A stretch of 64,000 bases of DNA from Phyllobates terribilis. Its lineage: Eukaryota. The notes beneath the pieces are model-generated. The model was not told where the DNA came from. It ran no database searches and saw nothing but the letters and a program-made list of their open reading frames with translations. Of the stretch, positions 52,271 through 63,617 are shown one piece after another (the first letter of the stretch is position 1; each line of letters opens with the position of its first letter). Where the stretch lies: assembly GCF_046119375.1 (NCBI RefSeq), contig NW_027362761.1:1035028001-1035092000 (forward strand), written 5' to 3'. The position numbers and the translations under genes were made by a program.

Positions 52271-53640
52271 CTTTAAAAAAGCCGGCCGGCAATTCAGCAG
52301 CGGCATACACCGGTACCCGACAATTTAGACATGAAGGAATAGAGCATCACACATAGATTAGATAGATAGAAACATGTCAGTCACACATATAAGAAGCACA
52401 GTGACAGTGTTGCTTACTGTACTTGTCATTTAGTGTAAAGGATTTATTAAAAAATATAATAGTGTTTTCGTGCACCGTCTCTTTAAAAAAGCCGGCCGGC
52501 AATTCAGCAGCGGTACCCGACAATTTATAACAGACAGAATAGAGCTTCACACATAGATTAGATAGATAGAAACATGTCAGTCACATATATATGAAGTACT
52601 GTGACAGTGTTGCTTACTGTACTTGTCATTTACTGCAAAGGATTTATTAAAAAAAATAATAGTGTTTTCATGCACCGTCTCTTTAAAAAAGCCGGCTGGC
52701 AATTCAGCATCTGTACCCGACAATTTAGAATAGAAGGGATAGAGAATCACACATAGATTAGATAGATAGAAACATGTCAGCCACATATATACGAAGTACA
52801 GTGACAGTGTTGCTTACTGTACTTGTCATTTAGTGTAAAGGATTTATTAAAAAATATAATAGTGTTTTCGTGCACCGTCTCTTTAAAAAAGCCGGCCGGC
52901 AATTCAGCAGCGGTACCCGACAATTTATAACAGACAGAATAGAGCTTCACACATAGATTAGATAGATAGAAACATGTCTGTCACATATATATGAAGTACT
53001 GTGACAGTGTTGCTTACTGTACTTGTCATTTACAGCAAAGGATTTATTAAAAAAAATAATAGTGTTTTCATGCACCGTCTCTTTAAAAAAGCCGGCTGGC
53101 AATTCAGCATCTGTACCCGACAATTTAGAATAGAAGGAATAGAGAATCACACATAGATTAGATAGATAGAAACATGTCAGCCACATATATACGAAGTACA
53201 GTGACAGTGTTGCTTACTATACTTGTCATTTAGTGTAAAGGATTTATTAAAAAATATAATAGTGTTTTCGTGCACCGTCTCTTTAAAAAAGCCGGCCGGC
53301 AATTCAGCAGCGGTACCCGACAATTTATAACAGACAGAATAGAGCTTCACACATAGATTAGATAGATAGAAACATGTCAGTCACATATATATGAAGTACT
53401 GTGACAGTGTTGCTTACTGTACTTGTCATTTACAGCAAAGGATTTATTAAAAAAAATAATAGTGTTTTCATGCACCGTCTCTTTAAAAAAGCCGGCCGGC
53501 AATTCAGCATCTGTACCCGACAATTTATAACAGACAGAATAGAGCTTCACACATAGATTAGATAGATAGAAACATGTCAGTCACATATATAATAAGTACA
53601 GTGACAGTGTTGGTTACTGTACTTGTCATTTAGTATTAAA
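52271..53640. repeat. 200-bp tandem array, about 7 units alternating as 400-bp dimers, left arm of the fold-back
   Basis: CTTTAAAAAAGCCGG at 52271, 52481, 52681, 52881, 53081, 53281 and 53481. Confidence 0.93.
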
Positions 53641-54514
53641 ATAAAGGATTTATTATTAAAAAAAATTGGCGTGGGGTTCCCCGTAATTTTAGTCTCTAGC
53701 GGAGGTTAAGCAGACAGCTGGGGCAGATGTTTGAAGCCTGGGAAGGGGGTAATACCCACGGAGCTTCCCAGGCTACTAATATCAGCCCCCAGCTGAATAC
53801 CTAGCCTTTACTAGCTATTAAAATGGAGGACCCCCCCCAAAAAAATGACGTGGGGTCCCCCCTAATTTAATAGCTAGCAAAGGCTAGGCAGACAGCTGGG
53901 GGCTGATATTAATAGCCCAGGAAGGGAGCCATGAATATTGGCCCCTCCCAGGCTAGAAACACCAGCCGTCAGTCGCCCCAGAAATGGCGCATCCATAGGA
54001 TGCGCCAATTCTGGCACTTAGCCTCGCTCTTCCACGCTGCCCTGGTGCGGTGGCAGGGGGTAATAGGGTTGGGGTTGATGTCAGCTTATAATGCCAGCTG
54101 ACATCAAGCCCAGGTTAGTAATGGAGAGGCGTCTATAAGACACCCCCATTACTAACCCCATAGTCAAAGTTAAAAAAAAAACACAAACACCCAGAATAAA
54201 GTCCTTTAATTGAAATAAAGACACAATTCTTTATTGTTCTAAATTAAACCATACTTACCATCACGCCCATTCCAGCTGAAGCCAACGATCTCCTGCAATA
54301 AAAGAAAAATAATAAAGCAACCTCATCCTTACCTTTCCATGGTTCCCAGGACAGCTTCAGCTCTGCTACATCGAGATGACAGGCTGGACCGCAGCAGAAC
54401 GCTGCCATCCAGCCTGTCATCCCGCAGACACTGTGAAGCGCAGGCATGCTTGCGCTCCTCAGTGTCTGGCTGTGACGGCATCCAGATGAGCCGAGGTCAT
54501 GTCCAATGAACTCG

Positions 54515-54928
54515 GCTCACCTCATGCACGTCACTGACAGCGTGGGAGAATTCTCACGCTGTAGCGCTGAGTGCAGGAGAATTTTCCCACGCTGTCAGTG
54601 ACGTGCATGAGGTGAGCTCATTCTTGTCCAATGATCTCAGCTCACCTCATGCACGTCACTGACAGCGTGGGAAAATTCTCCTGCACTCAGCGCTACAGCG
54701 TGAGAATTCTCCCACGCTGTCAGTGACGTGCATGAGGTGAGCTCATTCATGTCCAATGAACTCAGCTGACCTCATGCACGTCACTGACAGCGTGGGAGAA
54801 TTCTCACGCTGAAGTGCTGAGTGCAGGAGAATTCTCCCACGCTGTCAGTGACGTGCATGAGGTGAGCTGAGATCATTGGACAAGAATGAGCTCACCTCAT
54901 GCACGTCACTGACGTGCATGAGGTGCGC
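54515..54928. repeat. Four hairpin cassettes at 125-bp period, with loops and linkers in both orientations
   Basis: Units start at 54515, 54640, 54765 and 54890; 41-bp stems and 21-nt loops; unit 4 is collapsed. Confidence 0.9.
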
Positions 54929-55789
54929 CGAGTTCATTGGACATGAACTCGTCACAGCCAGACACTGCAGAGCGCAAGCATGCCTGCGCTTCTCAGTGTC
55001 TGCGGGATGACAGGCTGGATGGCAGCGTTCTGCTGCGGTCCAGCCTGTTATCTCGATGTAGCAGAGCTGAAGCTGTCGTGGGAACCATGGAAAGGTAAGG
55101 ATGAGGTTGCTTTATTATTTTTCTTTTATTGCAGGAGATCGTTGGCTTCAGCTGGAATGGGCGTGACGGTAAGTATGGTTTAATTTAGAACAATAAAGGA
55201 ATGTGTCTTTATTTCAATTAAAGGACTTTATTCTGGGTGTTTGTGTTTTCTTTTAACTTTGACTATGGGGTTAGTAATGGGGGTGTCTTATAGACGCCTC
55301 TCCATTACTAACCTGGGCTTGATGTCAGCTGGCATTATAAGCTGACATCAACCCCAACCCTATTACCCCCTGCCACCGCACCAGGGCAGCGTGGAAGAGC
55401 GAGGCTAAGTGCCAGAATTGGCGCATCCTATGGATGCGCCATTTCTGGGGCGGCTGACGGCTGGTGTTTCTAGCCTGGGAGGGGGCCAATATTCATGGCT
55501 CCCTTCCTGGGCTATTAATATCAGCCCCCAGCTGTCTGCCTAGCCTTTGCTAGCTATTAAATTAGGGGGGACCCCACGTCATTTTTTTGGGGGGGGGTCC
55601 TCCATTTTAATAGCTAGTAAAGGCTAGGTATTCAGCTGGGGGCTGATATTAGTAGCCTGGGAAGCTCCGTGGGTATTACCCCCTTCCCAGGCTTCAAACA
55701 TCTGCCCCAGGCGTCTGCTTAACCTCCGCTAGAGACTAAAATTACGGGGAACCCCACGCCAATTTTTTTTAATAATAAATCCTTTATTT

Positions 55790-56745
55790 TAATACTAAAT
55801 GACAAGTACAGTAACCAACACTGTCACTGTACTTATTATATATGTGACTGACATGTTTCTATCTATCTAATCTATGTGTGAAGCTCTATTCTGTCTGTTA
55901 TAAATTGTCGGGTACAGATGCTGAATTGCCGGCCGGCTTTTTTAAAGAGACGTTGCATGAAAACACTAATATTTTTTTTAATAAATCCTTTGCAGTAAAT
56001 GACAAGTACAGTAAGCAACACTGTCACAGTACTTAATATATATGTGACAGACATGTTTCTATCTACCTAATCTATGTGTGATTCTCTATTCTTTCTGTTA
56101 TAAATTGTCGGGTACCGATGCTGAATTGCCGGCCGGCTTTTTTAAAGAGACGGTGCATGAAAACACTATTATTTTTTTTAATAAATCCTTTGCAGTAAAT
56201 GACAAGTACAGTAAGCAACACTGTCACAGTACTTCATATATATGTGACTGACATGTTTCTATCTATCTAATCTATGTGTGAAGCTCTATTCTGTCTGTTA
56301 TAAATTGTCGGGTACCGCTGCTGAATTGCCGGCCGGCTTTTTTAAAGAGACGGTGCACGAAAACACTATTATATTTTTTAATAAATCCTTTACACTAAAT
56401 GACAAGTACAGTAAGCAACACTGTCACTGTACTTCGTATATATGTGGCTGACATGTTTCTATCTATCTAATCTATGTGTGATTCTCAATTCCTTCTATTC
56501 TAAATTGTCGGGTACAGATGCTGAATTGCCAGCCGGCTTTTTTAAAGAGACGGTGCATGAAAACACTATTATTTTTTTTGATAAATCCTTTACACTAAAT
56601 GACAAGTACAGTAAGCAACACTGTCACTGTGCTTCTTATATGTGTGACTGACATGTTTCTATCTATCTAATCTATGTGTGAAGCTCTATTCTTTCTGTTC
56701 TAAATTGTCGGGTACCGGTGTATGCCGCTGATGAAGTGCCGGCTT
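55790..56745. repeat. 200-bp tandem array, about 5 units, inverted, right arm of the fold-back
   Basis: TTTAAAGAGA at 55941, 56141, 56341 and 56541. Confidence 0.93.
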
Positions 56746-58199
56746 TTCATGTTTCACTGTGAGCACTGTTCCCATCGATTTGGGCAATCACTGTAATGCC
56801 ACAACCACCATGGCTGTGGCATTACAGTGAGTGGCAGACAATCCCTGCATGATTGGTGCTCTAAATAGCGCCAGAAATGCAGGACACGCTTTTGGTGCAC
56901 GAACAGTTATCGAACATAACCTCGAACAGCCGAATTTTTTGCAAATCATTCGGGTTCGTCGAACAACTCGAACACCACCCAAAACAGCTCGAATTTGAGA
57001 TTGGCGAACAGTTCTAGTCGAACACCGCTCATCTCTACTCCTGGATGCGCAACACACATGAGTGCCTTCTTGCTGCACTACCTGCAACATGACCCTCGAA
57101 TTGGGAGAATTAGAAATAATCCTGACTACTGGGTTGCCACACTGTTAGATCCCCGGTACAAAAGTAAATTTGCCGAAATTATTCCTGCCATAGAAAGGGA
57201 TGCACGCATGCAGGAGTATCAGCAGAGACTGTTGCAGAATCTTACATGTGCTTTTCCACAAAACACCAGTGGTGCACGTAGTGAATCTCACAGTTCCAAC
57301 TTGCCAACCGTGGGACCGTCAAGTGTTCAGCACTCAAACCGTAACAGAACCACAGTATCTGTTGGTAACATCAATTTTGCGGAATCATTTCACCACTTTT
57401 TTAGCCCATCCTTTGCAAGGCCACAGGAGACAAGAAGTCTGACACATAGTCAACGCCTAGAGACGATGGTACAGGAGTATCTCCAAGTAAACATTGAAGC
57501 CATGACTGTGTCACTGGACCCTTGCTCTTTTTGGGCTTCCAATCTGGATAAATGGCCGGAGCTAGCCACTTACGCCTTGGAGATCTTGTCATGCCCCGCA
57601 GCCAGCGTTCTGTCTGAACGTGTGTTCAGCGCTGCTGGTGGTGTGCTGACAGATAAGCGCATGCGGCTCTCCACTGATAATGTAGACAGACTTACGTTCA
57701 TAAAGATGAACAAATCATGAATCCGAAACGACTTTTCTACCCCTGTGTCATCCTGGGGAGAGTAAAAGCTTGATGATTGGTTAAAATCACCCTACCAACC
57801 GTTTTAAGCTTTCAAATTACTAATCATGTTTATCTGTATCTTGGCTGGAAAATAATTTGGGCTTTGTAGCAGTGTGCAGCACTGATTCTATTAGGCCATC
57901 TATAATAAGCTCCACCAGATTTAAAATTACTAATCATGTTTATCTGTATCTTGGCTGGAAAATAATTTGGGCTTTGTAGCAGTGTGCAGCACTGATCCTA
58001 TTAGGCCATCTATACTAAGCTCCACCAGATTTAAAATTAATATTAATTTTTAGCTGCATCTAGCCCGGAAAATAATTTTGGGGCTCCGAGATGCGCAAGA
58101 CACATAAGTGCCTTCTTGCTGCACTACCTGCAACATGACCCTCATATTGTCAGAATTCGAAGTAATCATGACTACTGGGTTGCCACACTCTTAGATCCC

Positions 58200-59574
58200 C
58201 CAAACTTTTCGATCAACCTTTTCATTTTAATAAAGACCAAAAAAATTGTCATTTTTGAAATTATAAGCATTAGCAGGTTATTAGAAACTGAAATCAAACA
58301 GTTTTCAACTCAAAACTTTATTCTAGGTGATGTTACATTTTCACATAGGACCCCTTGTTCGAAAGGAGCTTCTGAACTCTCTCGTCCATTGAATTTGTCA
58401 GGTTTTGGATGGTTTCTGCTTCAATTGTTTTGCATGAGGACAGAATACCCTCCCAGAGGTGTTGCTTAGATGTGAACTGCCTCCCGCCATCATAGACACT
58501 CCTTTTGATGATGCTCCAGAGGTTCTGAATGGGGTAGAGGTCAGGGGAGCATGGGGGTCACACCATAAGTTTGTCCCCTTTTATGCCCATATCAGCCAGA
58601 GATGCAGATGTTTTATGTGCAGCATGAGATGGTGCATTATCATGCAGAAAAATGATCTTGCTGTGAAATACACGGTTCTTCTTCTTGAACCATGGCAGGA
58701 AGTGCTGTTTGAGAAAATCCACATACATTATGGAGTTCATCTTTAGCGCCTTCAGGGATCCTAAAGGGGCCGACAATCTCTCTCCCCATGATTCCAGCCC
58801 AAAACATTACTCCACCTCCTCCTTGTTGGCGCTGTAGCCGTGTTTGCGTGGGGTGTCCATCAACCAGCCATCCTCCACTCCATCCATCTGGACCATCGAG
58901 CGCTGCACGGCACTCATCCGTGAACAAAACAGTTTTGAAATCAGTCTTCATGTAATGTTTAGCCCACTGGAGCCGTTTCTGCTTGTGTGAAGTGGATAGA
59001 GGAGGTCGACAGGATGGCGTATGCACAGTTGCAAACCTCTGAAGGACCCTGCATCTTGTTGTTCGGGGGACGTTGGAGGCACCAGCAGCTTCAAAAACTT
59101 GTCTGCTGCTATGACAAGGCTTTTTTGCCGCTGCTCTTTTAACCTGACGTAATTGCCTGTAGGAAAGAGTCCTCAATTTGCCCTTATCAGCACGCACACG
59201 TGTGTACTGTGAATCAGCTACATACTTCTTGATTGCCAAGACACTTCATCCTGATCATCGCACAATGTTGATTGTAGTCATGCCTTGACCTAAACACTCC
59301 ACAATTTGTTGCTTCTCAGCAGCCGACACATCTTTTTTCTTTCCCATTTTGGCAGAAAATGTAGGCTGCTTAATAATGTGAGACAGCCTTCTTAAGTAGT
59401 CTTGCCTTTCATTGGACACACCTGCCAAACTAATTAGCACAGGTGTCTGCAATTGCTTACAGTGATATAAAGAGCCCTGACACACATCACCATCAATGAG
59501 TTTAACTGACAAACAAACAAATTCTTCCCTTATCACTCCTAAACACTTTTTGCATAATAATTTGGAACACAGTG
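58200..59574 (-). mobile_element. Tc1/mariner element with a frameshifted transposase (58333-59347) and one TIR lost
   Basis: VLFTDE, GGGVMFWA and HDNAPSH motifs; terminus ...TTTGGAACACAGTG followed by TA at 59575. Confidence 0.88.
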
Positions 59575-59644
59575 TACATGTGCTTTTCCACAAAACACCA
59601 GTGGTTCACGTAGTGAATCTTACAGTTCTAACTTGCCAACCGTG

Positions 59645-61440
59645 GTCTGTATGGAGTTGTTCAATAAAGGGCCCAAAATTAAGATAACATAGATGGGAGA
59701 GGTCTCTATGAATAGGAATTCCTAAGTATTTGATACCCTGTGAGGGCCAGGCAAAGGGAAAGTTGGACTGGATGGAATCCTATATGGATTTGGGGAGGGA
59801 GACATCGAGGGCCTCAGACTTCGCTGCATTGATTTTAAAATTTGACCATGTAACAAAGTGATCTATTTCAGCCATAACAGCATGGATGGATATATGTGAT
59901 TGAGTGATATATACTAGGACATCATCAGCAAATAGAGAGCACTTGTACTCGGTGCCTCCCACCTCAATCCACCTAATATTGGGGTTATGGCGAATTGATG
60001 AGAGCAGGTGCTCCGTCACTAGGATGTATAAGAGAGGGGACAGAGGACATCCCTGCCTTGTCCCATTGGTGATTGTGAAAGGTGATGAAAATGTTCTGAT
60101 GCACCCCCTGGGCCTTGGGACACCCGGAGCCGGACCCTTTTTGGTGGATGCTGGTGGTTGTAGTCTTCGTGGCGGCGACCCGGTTCCGTGGCTCAGGGTG
60201 GTCAAACCAGTGGCGGAACTATTTATGTGGTTTTGATGTTTAAATGTCCGACTACGCCACCCGTGGATTGCGGTCAGAGTGAACCGCCACTGCAGGGCAG
60301 ACCGCTGAGGCTGGTGTTGTGGGTGCAGCAGAGCGTAGCATAACTCCCCACGGGAGGAATATAGCCTCAGGGCAGTGTATGCGGAGGATGGGGGTGATGG
60401 TGCAGGGCAGCAGCAGTAACGACACGGAGTCAGTGATGCAGTCCAGGGCCTTTACTCACAGTTCTTATTATCCAGACCACGTCTGCAGGTAACGGCTGCC
60501 CACGTCGTACTGTGCTCACCAGGTGAGGGGCTCAGACAACTCCCAGATAACTTTGGAGCGCTTCACAGGACCCCCTTTGTGTGTCCTTTGTCTGGCCTTT
60601 CTTACCAACCCTTCTGTCCGGCTGCCTCGGGCCTCCTCTTGGTAAACTTGGCGCCAGTTTCCCTGACCCTATGTGGTGCCTTCCTAGCGGGTGTAGCGAG
60701 GGGCTGCGCCACATAAAATGTCACAGCCTCCGGTTTCTAGCTGAGGGTCGTTTCCTGCCTCCACTAGTTTCGGGGACCGGTCTCCCCCTTTGGCCTGACC
60801 CCTCCACGCAGGTGGATTCGGGCGTGCGGTGGCGACTCGCCCGTCCGCACCCCTGGGATCCCTTCATTCCTCGTTCCTGGAGCCTTCTCCGCTCCTCTTC
60901 CTTCCTTCTCCCTCTTCCAGGCCTGGGCCTCTGTTACTAGGCCCGCCTCCGGAGCAGAGCTCATGCAGAGCCCCTGCTCCCTGCCACTTCTGCTCAGACT
61001 TCTCTGCACTGAACTAAGATGGTGCCCACCTTTTATACTCCCTTCTCAATGCACCCAGGAACTGCTTCCTCCCTGCTCCTGCACTACAGGGTTCCCCTTC
61101 CTCAGTGTTCCCTCCCCCCACTCCAGCCAGGGACAGGGACTGTCGTGCCCATCTCAGAGGCATATTGGTCGCCCTGCCCCACGGCAATGTGGTGTAATGC
61201 ATGCAGGTGTCGGGTCCTGATCCACACTCCATCCTTACCTGAGAGTGAGATATCACACCTCTGGGTGAGGTGCAATACCTCTGTAGCAACCGAGCCCTCA
61301 GGGTGCTACAGTTCCATTTATCTTCAGCCTAGGTGACGTATTGTGATACAGGGCCGTGATTTTGGCTATAAAAGGGTCCCCTAGACCCCTACCCCAAGCT
61401 TTTTAAGAGAATCATATATGGCGTGCCAGGAGACTCTATG
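59645..61440 (-). mobile_element. L1-type LINE reverse-transcriptase fragment, split by a solo LTR
   Basis: GTRQGCPLSP and LFADD; KINGT|FSSPF is continuous across the LTR insertion. Confidence 0.8.
60097..61310 (-). mobile_element. Solo LTR, 1214 bp, related to the Gypsy-3 LTR
   Basis: TG...CA ends, TSD GTTC (60093-60096 and 61311-61314), shared block TCCGACTACGCCACCCGTGGATTGCGGTCAG. Confidence 0.85.
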
Positions 61441-61574
61441 GAATGCTTTCTCAGCATCCAACAAGAGTATCTAATTACAAATTTTTAACTGCATCTAGCC
61501 CAGGAAATACTTTGTGCCTAGTAGCAGTGTCTGCTAGTCAGCGGATTATCCCGGCTGTTAAGCAAGCTACACCA

Positions 61575-61850
61575 CCTGTAGTTTGGACACTTAATTTTTT
61601 GAAAGGAAATGCTTCGGGACCACGGGATACTCAGTGAAGAGCATCAGGAGGCACCCCAAGGCATAGGGGCTGGGACTGGCAGTAGGATGCCTTGCGGTGG
61701 ACAGCCGAGCTCGATCCTTATAAAAGCTTTTTAACTGCAGCAGCTTTAGTGGACGCTACTGGAGCTGGAATTACGCGGCTGCTGGCATGAGACTTGCCCT
61801 CCAATAGATCCTTGTAAATGGATTTAAAGTGTATTCATTCAAATTAGAGA
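61575..61850 (-). pseudogene. Degenerate 18S rRNA fragment
   Basis: TTACGCGGCTGCTGGCA (about 61771-61787) is the reverse complement of the conserved GTGCCAGCAGCCGCGGTAA loop with one base deleted. Flanking AGCTTTTTAACTGCAGCA and GACTTGCCCTCCAAT are also 18S-like. Many substitutions. Confidence 0.85.
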
Positions 61851-62352
61851 GACAATTTAAATTAAAAAGCTTAGAGCTGCCTCCACCACAGGGGGGCTCG
61901 CTCGACCCACCAGCGGACAGGCACCAGTATTGGGAGAGGGGGGCTGGCTGTCAGGGTTCAGCGCGGCTCTGGCACAAACCCGGCGACACGGAGGTGGCAC
62001 GGGCAGGAGCGGACTGAACGTGTCGGCTTCTCACTTTTTGGATTTTAGAAGGGCATGACATGCCTATATTTGTGTCTCCCCCTCCTTTTACTCCTCCACC
62101 TCTTTTCTTTTCGCATGACTATATGTACTTGTCACTTTTCCATGTGTTAGTTGTGTCTTCTGAGCAGTTTGTCAGCTTTTGGACACCTTTGAAGGTGTTT
62201 TCTATGTGTTTCTATGTGTTTTTGTTTGCCTGCCATTGGTTTAAACGGTGTTCGAAGGTGTTTGACGAACAGTTCGACGAACAGTTCGGCGAACACAGGG
62301 GTGTTTGACGAACCGAACCGAACTCGAACACTACGGGGGTGGCTCAACACTA

Positions 62353-63568
62353 GTCATAACACTTAGGGCTCCAGGACTTAATTTCATTGGTAGACCAATC
62401 CAGTACAGGATTGTGCAATTTTAACAAGGGTAACCCCAAAACTACTGGAGAAGGCAAATTATTTAATACTACCAAATCCAAATTTTCTTGGTGAATACCA
62501 TTAATAGTGAGGGGAAATTCACAGACCTTGTGAGTAACACTCTTCAAGGGGGAGCCATCGACAGAAACCACAGCAATAGGGGATGACAAAGGTTTGGTTT
62601 TTAATTTAAGTTTTTCCAAGAATCCCCCATCAATCACATTCAGAGTAGAACCACAATGCACAAATACCCGAAATTCAATTAATTCTTCCTGAGCAGCAGT
62701 AGTAGCAGAAAGAAATACCCCCTTAGTATTTAAACAGGCTATACAGGCGTAACTGACCTTTATTTTTTTCTTTGTTCATACGAAGCACACAGTCCTTAAT
62801 AAAATGGTCAGATTTCCCGCAATAAAAGCACAAACCTTCAGAAGACCTGCGGTCTTTTTCCTGAGAGCGGGGTGCCATCGCCCCAATCTCCATCGGCTCT
62901 CCAATGTCAGTACAGACCCTCTCAAGACTCGGAGCTGACATGGCAGAGGATTTACTCTCATTAACCCTTGCACGCAGTCTCCTGTCCACCCGTATAGCTA
63001 ATTGCATTGCCTCCTGCAAGTTTCCAGGTGTGGGATAAGCAATCAGCAAATCCTTAACCCTTTCACCTAGCCCCGCAAGAAACAAACTTTTCAAAGCTGA
63101 ATCGTTCCACCCCACCTGGGCAGACCACCGACGGAAGTGAGAACAATATTTTTCCACATTACCTGATCCCTGCCTCAAACGTCTCAATTCAGTCTCAGCT
63201 GATGAGACACGATCAGGATCATCATACAACAAACCCAAAGCAGAAAAAAAACTATCCACTGATCTAAAGCATGGATCAGTACGTTGGAGAGAAAAGGCCC
63301 ATCCCTGAGGTTCTTTGCGCAAAAGTGACATTATGAACCCTATGCGCTGTGATTCATCACCAGAGGATCTGGGTCTCAAACGAAAATACAACAAACAAGC
63401 ATTTTTAAAGGAAAAAAATTCTTGTTGATCATCAAAAAATAAATCAGGCAAACGTACCTTTGGCTCCACAAAATGTGCTCTAGAACAGCTACTCACGTGT
63501 TGTTGGAGCTCGGCCACCTCCAGAGAGAGTCCCTGCAGGCGTTGAGCCAAATCCTGAACCGACATCAT
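62353..63568 (-). pseudogene. gag: Chromovirus gag (62723-63568) and protease (62353-62661)
   Basis: Zinc knuckle CFYCGKSDHFIKDC; protease-like VLGLPLL and a decayed active-site motif. Confidence 0.88.
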
Positions 63569-63606
63569 GATGGAAACTGGAGGTCTTTCCTTAGAGATAT
63601 TTTTGG

Positions 63607-63617
63607 GCTGGACTTAC
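63607..63617 (-). promoter_or_regulatory. Non-tRNA primer-binding site (self-priming type)
   Basis: GTAAGTCCAGC follows the LTR with no TGG; 9 nt are complementary to LTR 63944-63952, which lies 30 nt downstream of TATTTAA. Confidence 0.65.

Larger units (their letters stand above)
52058..57037 (-). mobile_element. Non-autonomous fold-back derivative of the same hAT family, inserted in inverted orientation
   Basis: 8-bp TSD CTCCTGGA (52050-52057 and 57038-57045); ends match 62145-62352 and 44027-44170 in reverse; the interior is a large inverted repeat centred near 54714. Confidence 0.94.
49076..57720 (+). pseudogene. hAT transposase, 1218 aa when reconstructed, split by an insertion at 52058-57037
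   Basis: BED finger (AWAFF...CNIC...HMDMKH), TTDTW, CDNA, CMAH, TRWNS and the C-terminal SERVFS dimerisation domain. 49076-52057 and 57046-57720 join in frame (GAPG|CATHM). Confidence 0.93.
44027..62352 (+). mobile_element. hAT DNA transposon, 18.3 kb including cargo and nested insertions
   Basis: Imperfect TIRs TAGAGATGAGC and GCTCAACACTA; 8-bp TSD GTCATAAC (44019-44026 and 62353-62360); GTTCG/CGAAC subterminal arrays; chromovirus pro-RT is continuous across the site. Confidence 0.95.

Noticed and set aside
44944-54928. CRISPR-like arrays (110-bp and 125-bp periodic repeats)
   Set aside because: No unique spacers, no cas genes, and a eukaryotic TE context.
44027-57037. Element bounded by the two TAGAGATGAGC-type ends, or a composite of two TIR families
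   Set aside because: The flanks do not match (GTCATAAC versus CTCCTGGA). The TSDs pair 44027 with 62352 and 52058 with 57037, i.e. one family with asymmetric TIRs.
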